From Takakia lepidozioides (taxonomy: Eukaryota; Plantae; Bryophyta), in contig CM060733.1 in the NCBI GenBank assembly GCA_030704615.1, forward strand, positions 26,784,001 to 26,848,000: a stretch of 64,000 bases of DNA, given 5' to 3'. Below the pieces are notes generated by a model. That model made no database searches. It had not been told where the DNA came from and saw nothing but the letters and a program-made list of their open reading frames with translations. Within the stretch, counting starts at the first letter, position 1. Each line of letters begins with the position of its first letter. The position numbers were made by a program, and so were the translations under genes. Shown piece after piece: positions 23,309 through 34,909 of the stretch.

Positions 23309-26300
23309 ATGGCATGTGCTGCCGCGAAGGTGCTAGACGAGGAACGCAAAGCAGCATTGGAATCAAATGGTTTGAAAGATGAGGCGGGAGAACTCTGTCA
23401 TTTGCAGCATTTGGTATCTCATTTGAAATGCATCCTACAGCTGCCCATAGACGGGCTTTTCAATCACACAAACCTCCGTTGGATACGCCAGGTTTCCCAG
23501 GGAAAAGGGAAACGGATATCCATCGAAGTAGCTGTCGTTCCATGGTCTCGCATTCCTGACTTTCTGGAGGGAGAAAGGAGTAGAGTGGATGGGAAGACCC
23601 AATTTTATGTTCAAGATCGAAGGTACCGTGAGTTGCCAGATTTGACAACACCGCGTGCAAACAGTTATCGTCAGTGGCATAAGTAAGTCACTTATGAGGG
23701 TTGTATAACATTCCCAGCCCCACTTCTTTCTGCTAGTCTAGCAAAGTCGTATATGGCGATAACCCTCCTCGCTTTATATGCTTTTTTTGCAGGTACCACT
23801 GCTGCTACGGCCCGATAGATAGGCGCACGGACCCGCCGATTGTGAAGAAAAAAGAAAAACCGATAGCAGCCTCCGATAATCAAACAGCAGTCAAGCGAAT
23901 CAGACGTAAGGCAGCGGATTTCGGAGAGTCATACAAACGTGGGTGTACGTGTAGCTTCAAAGTTGGCCAGTGTTTTCTAGATTCAGAGTTGGCAATCATC
24001 ACATACTTCCAGAAACAGCATGTGGATGCAAAAGGAAAGCCATGTCATGGTTCAGCTGACCCCTTTCCCATTTCTCGCGATTCGTGCATGCCCCTCGTCT
24101 CAGCCAAGATATGAAACAGTGGATCGTCGATAGTCTTCGCAGTGGCCTATCTCCAGCTATGATTATGACACAACACACTCAACAACTCCAGGAAGCTTGT
24201 GCGTCTCAGCCAGGCATGGAGTGGAGTCGCGATTGTTTCTTGTTCGAGTACGACGTGAGAAACATTGCCGACAAGCTTGCGATTGAGAGTTACAAAAAAC
24301 ATCCAGATGATGCACAAAGTGTACGTATGTGGGTCAATAGCAATCCTGAAAGCGTCTTCTTCTACCATGAAGAGACAGCGCCAGTGGCGGGTGATTTGAA
24401 GTTCGTAATTGGAATACAAACGGAGTGGCAAAAACAGAAAATGATCGACTTGGGACACAACCGTGTGGTATCCTGCGATGCAACATTTGGGACCAACGAA
24501 AATAAGGTATTCGTGTCACGCTTTACCTTTCATTGCATTCTGAAATGTGAGTGCCATGCAACTGTTGCCAATATTTTAACGCTCACCTTATTCATTTTTG
24601 TACCATTGCGACATTGCAGTTCCCAATGTATACCATGATGGTGTTCGACGAATGGCTCAACGGCATACCTGTTGCTTATATTATATCAGCGAGAAACAAA
24701 ACGACTGACTTGAGCCCCTGGATGAAACGTCTTCGCGACCGACTTCTTCAGAGCAAACCAGATTGGAGGCCAAATGCTTTTGTTGTCGACGATGCAGACG
24801 CAGAAATCAATGCTATCAGGTACACGGCTAGAAGTTACAATGTTCTGAGTCACACTACAAGTTGCATGCACGAGGGGTTTCATGGATCGGGCTACACTGC
24901 TGCTAGTTACACTGAGAATCACAGTAAGAGTTAAACTGCCAGTTACACGAGGGGGTGCATTGCTGCCTGTAACACTTGGAGTTACACTGTCAGTTGCTCG
25001 AGGGGTTACATGGATTGGGTTGCAGTGCTGTCTATTACACTGAGGGTTACACTATCAGTTAGACAGATGGTTATACTGCCTTGAGTTGGACGGAGGGTTA
25101 CACTGCTGTGAGTTAGACCGAGGGTTATACTACTGTGAGTTAGACCGAGGGTTACACTGCTATGAGGTAGACAGAGGGTTACACTGCGAGTTACACAGGG
25201 AGTTACACGGCGTGTCATCCGCAGTCCTACATGGATTAGGTTGCACTGCTATAGCATGTGAGTTACACTGGGAGCATCGCAGAGGGTTGTATGGGTTGGG
25301 TCGCTCTGAGAGTTACACGGTGTAACATGGATTGCGTTACAGCGCTGCGAGGGGTTATATGTGTTGGGTTACACTGCTGTGAGTTTCACTGATAGTTACA
25401 TGACCAGATGCACGAGGGGTTACATGAGTCACACTACTAAGAGTGACACTTTGAAGAGTTACACTTCTACGAGTTACACTGCGAAGAGTTCCTCTGATAA
25501 GAGTTACACTGACAAGAGTTACACTGATGGATTGGGTGGCATTTGATGTGTGTGCGTGCAGGGAATCGTTTGGGGACGTAGCAATATTTCTATGCCTTTG
25601 GCATGTTCGCCGCGCTTGGCTGAAACATTCGTGGCGTAAGATGCCCGATCCATACACTCGCAATGCTGTTTTGAAACAGCTTGGCGACGTAATGTACGGC
25701 ATTAACGCCTGTGTGGGAGTCACCCCAGAAGAGTGGGCGCTGGAGCGACTGGAAGATTTGAATTATTCCTATCCGCTTGCGCGTGACTTCCTACGTTACA
25801 TCAGAATGGAATGGGTCCCAAAACTGAGCATGTGGATCACGGGGGCTCGTTATATTCCCCACGCAAGTCAGGATACTAATGCCGCAATTGAATCTTGGCA
25901 CGGAAATTTGAAGGCTCGTTTACGCTCGGGAAAGCAAAGGCTTGATGGCAGGAGAATCGATTGGCTGATCAGCGAACTCGTGGGTCCTGTTCTAACCCAC
26001 TATTGGTATAGAGATAACTTGAAATCGAAAGGCTTCAAAAGGAATGTACGACAGGAGGAATTTATCAGTAATGTTGTTTGGACTGCAAGGGAGATCCCTG
26101 ATGTCAATGTTCATTTGCCCACTGTTCCTGGTCATCCGGCGATTGTGGATAGTGTTCAAACGGCCGGTCGAAGCTACACAATCTATGCACCTGCGACCAC
26201 CTGGGCTTGTTGCGATTGTCCATGGGCTTTGAAGGGTAACTTGTGCAAACATCAAATCCGCGTTCTTCAATTGATGAAGCCAAATCTGAAGGAAGGGCTT

Positions 26301-26708
26301 ATTGTGAAGCTCTGTGGCACAAAGCTCGGGACCATTCATGGAGGTCTTCACATGTTGATGAAATCGGAACTTCCAGATATTGATGCAGAGGAGGAAGTTG
26401 TGAATCTAGCAGAGCCTACGGAGTGCTCAGCATCATCCCGGCGTGGTCGGCAGGAGCCATCGGATGTTTCATCAATTGAATCTGAGATGAAGTCCCTGTC
26501 GCTTCTTGGCAATGAGAGTGAAACAATGCGCAAACATTTGCTTGCCGAGCTTCGTTGTGTTCGTGGGAGGCTGTCCACTTTACAAGTTAGAATCGACAAA
26601 GGTCTGTTGCACCCTCTTCAAGCAGTTCCATTCATAAAAAATGATGATGGAAACAACATGTCCCTTGCCAGGAAAGTAGATTTTGTAGACCGGTTCCGTA
26701 GTAAGTGA
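23309..26708 (+). CDS. MULE DDE transposase with SWIM zinc finger
   Basis: Exons 23309-23682, 23793-24506, 24620-24819 and 25562-26708. D in SCDATF, D in VVDDADAE, CxxH in CLWH, E in TNAAIESWH; SWIM CDCPWALKGNLCKH. One frameshift near 24060-24085. Confidence 0.9.
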
Positions 26709-28057
26709 CCATTGAGTCCATTGGCAATGACACTTACTTTGTGATCACCAAGTTTAATATGAAGTACATGTCTGTTCATGGGTTGTTATTCACTTTGCCA
26801 TTCCATCCACATTCAACCTATGTAACCCACTCAATGGGACACCCATGGGCCGGGGTGACACACCGCAGGGTTACACTGTCTGGGGTTTCATAACGTAACA
26901 TAGCTCTACTTAGTGTAACTTGCATCTGTGGTACTCCACACAGTGTAACACAGATGAGTGTGAACCTCTTCAGTGTAACTCATTGTGGTGTAACTCCAAG
27001 TGTAACTGCAATGTAACTATCAACAGTGTAACCTAGTATGTAACCCCATAGAATATTGCTGTCAGTGGTGTAACTCTGAGAACAATGTGACTACAATGTG
27101 ACTACAGGGTCTGGGTTAGTCTGCCGGGGTTACATGACCCTTCAATACAGAGTGGGAAGATGTTGAAGTCGAGCACCTTTAGTCACCAACACTAGCCCCT
27201 GTATGTGTAACCCCTCTATGTGTAACCCAATTTGTGTGTAACCCATGGACGTGTAATCCATGAGATAGATAATCATTCCGTTCAACCTATGTTATGGACC
27301 AGTGTAGCCCTCCGGAGTGTAACTTGTTGTTGTGTAACCCCAAGAAGTATGTATCCCGACCATATGTAACCCCCATTGATGTCACCCCATCGCATGTAAC
27401 CCATTGTACAATTTGGGGTGCACGCTATAAACCCCGATGCTACATCACCCCATCTTATGTATCCCCACGACACGTAGCCCTTGTATAGGCAACCCTGCCC
27501 ACTTTCATTGTGCACAGTGTAACTTAGAACTGTGTAACCCTCTTGAGTGAGTGTAACCCAGAGTGTTGTAACTCCAAGAAGTATGTAGCCCGACCAGATG
27601 TTACCCCCACACTATTGTGACCCCATCGTATGTAACCCATTGTACATAGCCCTCATGTATGTAACCCCATGTAGTATAAATCTGAGAACTTCAGTGCACA
27701 AACACTTCAGTGCGAAAAAAATAAAAAATAAAACAAATGCGCATAGTCGAGGTGGGGTTACATGCCACGAAAGTATACTGTTTCAGCAACGTGACCCTGA
27801 CATAGCCAGGTATGTAACCCATAAGTGTAACCCCACGTTGTGAGACCCGGCATGGTGTAACCCATCACTTATGTGTGAACCCACAGAGTGTAAGCCCATT
27901 GCCCCAGGGCCCAAAGGTGTACCCAAGTACTTGTCTATGATTCCACTTCATGTAACCTTATAAGGTGTAACCCCATGTAAGCCCATTGCATGAAACCCAA
28001 ACTATGAAGTGTTACGAACAAACCACATAGAAGCAAAAATGCATCAAGAGACGCTAT

Positions 28058-30180
28058 TTATTTCTTTGGCCATCTGACCAAGTCTTTGTCCATCTCGTCA
28101 CACAGCCAACTAATCATATGAGTACGGGAAGCTATCATGGTTGACTCGTTGAACCAACTTGCAGTAAACGCCCGCCTATGACGGGTTCGATCTTCTGTGG
28201 TTTTCACATTGAACTTCCACTCCAAGTAAAATTGCACAAAACAAAGTGCATAATAGCCGCACTCCCAACAGCTCCGTTGTTGGGGGACACTGGCCTCAAA
28301 CCATTCCATCCTCTCCATGACGTAACTGAAGTCATCAGATCCAGGCATGAAATCAAAGAACGCTATGGCAAAATTTCGCAAAATTCCTTCAATGAGTTTG
28401 GGTCGGGCAATGGTTTTATGGGAGTCCAAATGTACTATCCGACCTCGGCGCTCTAAAACAGCTACACTCCAGTGATCACTGCAACACAAACAAAGCCGTT
28501 ACGTCAGAATAGAAAAAAACATCTCCAATGAAACCCATTGTGGTGTAACCCAGTAGTGTAACCCTTTGTACTGTAACTCTAAACGGTGTTACACAACTAG
28601 TCAGCAGTCACTAGTGCAACTCAGTCTAGAATAGAGGAGTGTAACCCAACATGCTCAGTCAATGCTGAAATTACTTACTCGAAGACAATAGGGATGACAA
28701 CCACGTCCACAAGATCTCGATTCTTTGTGAACACCATCCCTCGGGCATCCTGAGTGTACCATTCTTGCACCAACCCGAATAGCGTCTGCAGATCGTTACC
28801 ATTGGTACGCATGACATGCCATTGAAAAGGAGCACAGATGACAAACTCAGGTGCGATAGCCTTAAACAATTTGGCCTCCAGAAGTTTGTTGTAACCCGAG
28901 AGCAATGCATCTGTGACAGTTGCTCTTATTTTATACATCGGCTCAAAATCTGTCTCTTCCAAGTAAAACTGTAACGGACTAGAAGCCAGGAAGGCATCGC
29001 CATAATAAAACTTCACTTCGGGCGCCCCAGGAGGGTCCGACACCATTCTGAACTTTGTCAAGTACCGTTGTTTTAGTCTGCACAACAAACCGCACATTAC
29101 GAACATTACGATGCATCATACAAGAGTTATAATCAATATTCAAAATCAGAGAGGATCAAAGTACAATGAGGTACCTCGAACGCTCCCGCAAGTGCTTGGC
29201 CAGGACCTCTTGCTGCTGGACAACGTCAACCTCCGAGACCCCTGCACTTTTGCCTTTCGGTTTGGTTCGCTGTTTTTTGGGTGCGACAAGAACAGATACT
29301 TCTTTGTCAGCGCTAGGGGGTTCAGCCAACCGCTTTCTTTGAGCAGGCGGCCGTTTTGACCTCCTGGGATTCTCTGCAACCCTGACAATGCCGCCGATAG
29401 GGGGAATTTCTGAGCCAGAGGTGCCTTGTTCTGAGTTTGCTGCAAGTGCTGAAGACTGCACTCCCTCGTCTGAGACGTGCTGGGAAGGTGATTGACCAAG
29501 GGCAGAAGTGTCACAGCTCACCTCCTCGGTGCTACCCCTGTCAGTGTAACCCTTCTGTTCAAACCCCTTGTCACGCTTCTTAGTGTCACCCTTCTCTTCG
29601 GCTACCTCCTCAGTGTCACGATTCTCAGTGTCACCCTTCTCAATGTCACCTTCTCTTCGGCTACCTCCTCAGTGTCACTCTTCTTAGTGTCACCCTTCTC
29701 TTCAGCTACCTCCTCAGAGTCACGCATCTCAGTGTCGCCCTTCTCTCCGGCTACCTTCTCAGTGTCACCCTTCTCTTTGGCCGCATTATCAGTGTCACTC
29801 TTCGCAGTGTCACCCTTCTCATCGGGTTCCTTCCCAGTGTCACTCTGCTGAGTAACAATCTTAGTGTGTCACCTTTGCAGTTCCACTCTTCTCAGTGTTA
29901 GATGCTCCGCAACATCTTCTCTTCGTGACTCTCCACAGTGAAACGCTTCTCAGTGTGACCCTGCTTTGTGTCACCCTTCCAACTGAAAACCTTTCCTCGG
30001 TGCACCTTCCCCGTGTCACCCTGTCGATGTCACTCTTCTTTGCATCAACCTCCTCAATGCCATCCTTGTTGTGTCGCCCTTCTCAGCACCCTCCAAAGAC
30101 CATGTTGACTAGCAGAAGACCGTCATCCGTCGCGACTAGTGGCCGTGGCAAAGGGTGTCACCTTCCACGACTAGGGTAGT
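28058..30180 (-). CDS. Ulp1-like (peptidase C48) SUMO-protease domain protein, MULE cargo
   Basis: Exons ~30180-29175 (acidic EKGDT repeats, frameshifted), 29077-28679 and 28478-28058. Catalytic H (DHW), D (HLDS), Q (VPQQ) and C (ECGYY) are present, preceded by VVIPIV. Confidence 0.8.
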
Positions 30181-30589
30181 GGAATAATTACATCCATGAC
30201 AGTTTTGTTACACTCACTGACATCTACATGTGGGTTGGCTGTGGAGTGTCACCCCTATCAGTGTAACCCATGTCAAGTCACTCTCAACGGAAGTTGCAGT
30301 GTTCACGGGCAAATGGTGTGTCACCCACGACAATGGTCCCTCACGACATTGTCAGCCACACCGGTATCGTAGTGTCACCCTGAGGGTGCAGTGTAACCCT
30401 CCTTCCCTGTTGCTCCTCTGCTGCACAGTGTAACCCTGAGGTGCAGTGAAACCATCCTTCCCTGTTGTCCTCTCTGCACAGTGTCACCCTGAGGTGCAGT
30501 GTAACCCTCCTTCCCTGTTGCTCCTCTCTGCACAGTGGCCCCTGAGGTGCAGTGTAACCATCGAGTTTCAGGGCATCCTCCCTTTGCCA

Positions 30590-33500
30590 GAGTCACCCTG
30601 CGCATCAATGGGACCCACGAAGGCTGGCTGGGTCATTATGAGAGAGGTTGACCACATGACTGAAAAACTAACTTACATTGCTGCATCGAGGGGTTCAACC
30701 CAGCATCTCCAGATTCAAAGTCATACACAGACTCTGGGTCAAGAGGGGTCCCCGATTCTTCGATTAAGACCTTCAAAAGAAATGACGGGGGCTGCGGACA
30801 AGGAGGTTCGCACTTGGGTATGTTCCACCTTGATGTATCATCTTCAGTATCAGTATCAGAAATCATGGGCAAATCCCGCGTCAAGTCTGCTAGGTTCACC
30901 CCTAAGTGCAGCTGGGTTGAGTACAATTCACCAACCTGCGACAAAGATAAACGGCAGATTGACTTGGAATGATGTCCTCGTCATGTACATCGTCGCTCTG
31001 CGGGCGGCGGAATTGGCCCATCGCTCGTCTGCGCGCCCCCTACGCCCCCTGTATCGCATTGTGGAGGGGCCCCATACACAACTTCGTGAAGCTCACGTTG
31101 AGCCTCAAAAAGGTTTTTGAACGCATTGGCGAACTTGCTTGATTGGTCATGAGCTCGGACTCATCTGCATCGGGAAAAAGACAAAGGTTTTTTGTCGTGG
31201 GAACGAGGTTTTTGAAAGTGCAAGGGTTACACTATGTAAGGGTTACACTGACTAGGACAAGACAGTGGTTCGGTACACGATATGGGTTACACCACCCTGT
31301 TAGAGACAGTAGTTTGCAATGGGTTACATACCATGGGTTACACTACTGAGATTACACAACGAGTGAGGGTTAACAAATCTAGGTTTACACACGAGGGGGG
31401 GTACCATTAGGGGGTACACTGATTACAGGGTTACATACTCCGAGGGTTACACTGATTTACACACAGCGAGGGTTACACTGAGTACAAGGTTCCACATAGC
31501 GAGGGTTACACTGATTACAGGTTACACACAACGAGGGTTACACTGAGTTACAAGGTTCCACATAGCGAGCGTTACAATGATTACAAGATTACACACAAAG
31601 GGGTTACACGACGAGAGGGGTGACAGTGGATGGAGTAACACTTACAGAGATACCAAGGCACTACAGACCCAAGGTCTCTCATATACGGATGCCCAAACGC
31701 GCATTGAAGTCCATTTCTGTTGGTGATTCGCTGAAGAGGCCACAACACCAAAGCTGGATAAACGATTCTCTCTGTTGGATCGCAAAAGTGATGGGCGGCG
31801 CGACGACGGCTTGCCTTGCAAAATTGTATAGCTCCGTTGATCTAATTGACCGGTCACCCCACTCTTCTGTACTCAAACTCGATCTTAAGTCTTCGAGCTC
31901 AGAATCCAAGGTCGCAATTCCGTCACCAGGGGTGCAAAGTACATCAGACTAAAGCGTAATACTCATCGACCAGGTCCTTCACCTTTGAGGCCGTAAGAGC
32001 ACTTTCCAGAAGTTCAGTCGTGAACCCCAACCTGGGATGCGTTGGGAAACTGACCTGCCCATGATTTCTTACATCGTTGTGGGCTACAATTCTCAAAAGA
32101 GAGTGGTGGCGGTCCAATGTGCGGTTTGGTGAGATTCTCCATTTGACTGATCAATCCTTCGGCAAAACCACGAGTGAATTCCAACGGATGTGGAACAACC
32201 AACCTTTGATCCATCTACAGTAATAGTGATGACAAGAGGATTTGAAGTTCTGGCATCGTCAAGGTCGTATTGACAACAGCTAGTTCGTTCCATCGTGTCA
32301 TCATCATGTGAGGCTTGGCTCTCTCGATGGACTCGTGTAAGTCTCCCACCTTTTTCTTTTTCTGCTTTGGCATGTCAGGATGCCCAATGCTCTCTAAATA
32401 CCCTTCACCCGATTCAATTCCTCTATCATTAACGGACCATGATCCGGCTGGGCAGTAAATGCCTTGTGGCAGCAACAACACTTGTCCATATCATCGCTTC
32501 TAAGATGATATCGACCTCCCTGCGCAATACAGCGTGAGGGGTTACACCAGAGAAAAATGTTACAGCACGAGGGGGTACACATGAAAATGGGTTACAAACA
32601 AGATGGGCTACACGGGGTTACACAGAGGTGGGTTACACACCATAGGGTTTTTAAAAGGGGTCCTCTGTAGGTGGTTACACTCTGGGTTACACGCCACAGG
32701 AGAGACAGGGGGGGGTAACACAAAGGGTTACATGGATAGACAACAGCCCCCAAAATTTGAAACAGAGAAATGGCAGGGAATCCAACTTGATTGTCTGTCG
32801 ATAGAACCCAACTTGATTTTGCAGCTGTCGCATGGACTGCGCCCTCGCCTCGCGCAACAAATTCTTGGAATGACAGCCGGCAAAACCCCTTCTCATTGAA
32901 TTCGGAAATGGGAACTGAGGAATAAGGCCATGCGGTAGCAGAAGGATTGAGCTGGAGTTCTCTTTCGCAAGATGAACCTTGAGCTCCGGTTTCCCCGGTT
33001 TGCAATGTTGATTTTCTTTGCAATAGGGACAGGTAGAGGCGGGCTTCAATCGCCGCCTTGTCTCTCTCGTTAGAAACCTGCCGAATAGAAGGACCAGGGA
33101 CAGAAACAGCAGGAGCACTAGAAGATGGAACCTCTGTAGCAGAAATAGCCGAAGAAGGTACAACAGCAGGCACTTCAATAGGATCTGCAATCTCACCCAA
33201 AGCCACCCTATTTTGCAGAATCCATGCATGATATGCATCAACGAAGAAGCTGGAACAGAATTCATCACATTTTCAACAGCCATGGCATGCTTGAGCTCCG
33301 CATCAGGAAACGGTTTTGTTCCTTTCGGTCTGGCCATACATGCGGCCGTTCCATCGACAATATGCCGATTCAATCTGCTCTTATCTACCTTTACTGCCCC
33401 ACAATAAGGACATTTGAACTTAGGCCGGCCCTTTGCTCCTCCACCTTGGCCTCTCTACACCCGGGTGGTGGCAGTACGCGATCATTGTAGCATGCTCATG

Positions 33501-33593
33501 CTCAGTGTACCAAAAGCGAACTCGTTCGCCATCCCTTTTCAAGTGATCAAATGGAATAGTAGCCTCTCCAGGGAACAAATAACAATCAGCCAT
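30590..33593 (-). CDS. Unknown spliced ORF with N-terminal C2HC-type zinc-finger-like motif (separate gene or 5' half of the Ulp1 gene), disrupted
   Basis: ATG at 33593. After a 1-bp indel it reads FKCPYCGAVKVDKSRLNRHIVDGTAAC. Probable exons 33593-~32787, 32520-31646 and 31164-~30590, separated by motif-filled introns. Contains frameshifts and stops. Confidence 0.5.
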
Positions 33594-34909
33594 GACAAAG
33601 AAAAAGCTGACAGAAGAGAAGAGAAGAGCAAGAGCAAGAAAAGACAAGACAAGAAAAGACCAAGACTTGTGAGAATTCCGAAGAATGCACAACAGGGAGC
33701 ACGCACAGCAAGGAGTGCAGGAAGAATATGAATGGCTGCGAGAAGGGGAAAACTGAACAATGATCAAAGAACGAAGAACGAAGCTAGCTAGATGTCACCC
33801 GTAAGGCACGTCGGTTAAGCGAAAGACGGCGGTTCATTAAAATCTGGCGGCTTGCAATCAATTATATCCGCACTGACTCACACGTGTATGAGTTGCAATC
33901 CCGTGTCACCCGGAATAGCGGAGTGTAACCCGTAACCCTACACTTGTGAGCGCGACAAACCGGCCAGTACTCGAATGCCAGGCACGTCGAGTGTAACCCT
34001 CCGTCAGGTACCCAGATATGATGTAACCCTTCGTCACAACCTCATGTACCCCTAGTCTATGTGACTCCCGAACACAACATCGATGTAACCCTGTCATATC
34101 AAACCATTAGTATGCAACCTCCAGGTAAACATGGTCAATGTAATGCCCCACCCATGTAACCCTAGCCTATGTGGCTCCGCGAGCGCAACATCCACGTAAC
34201 CCATCAAACATGTCAACCCATCTAACCTCCATTACTAAAACCGTCTACCAAGCTAGCATGTATTGAGAAAGAAAACACCGTGTAACCCCTGTGTGTAACC
34301 ATACCACACGTGAGGTAGTCATATAAACCATCAGACATGTAACCGGTTGACAGTGCTTGCAAAACACGCATGATTCGATACGTATTGCATCCATAATAGC
34401 GATGAGTAGGCTGCCCCGGCTGGTGTGTGAACAAAAGATACACGAGAGGAGAGTGAATGGGCACCCCGTCAAATGAGCGGCTGTTTGCATGGCTAGACCG
34501 AAAGAAACAAAACCCTTTCCTAATGCGGATCTTAGGAATACCATAGCCATCGGGGACGGTGACAAAACAACAAGAATGACATTGAGAAAGAAAAAGGATA
34601 GAGACAACCGTATCAATCGTAGAGAAAACCGTGGTAATAAATTTGACGGATCGTTGCACGGAAAGAGTTGTCTTGTATGTTGCTGGGATGACGATACTGA
34701 ATTGAATGAACTACAAATCTTTCGCATTGATGTGTGAAGCCGATTGGGCACCATGGGAATTGCAGAAAGCTGATGCCCCAAAGCAAAAAAACGAGCGAGC
34801 TAAGAATCTGGAAACGGATGGAGAGAGCAAATTAGGGTTTCGGCCTCTATTTAAACCTCCATTCGGCGTCGGATAGTTTACACGTGTATGATGTACACGA
34901 GGCGGTGAT

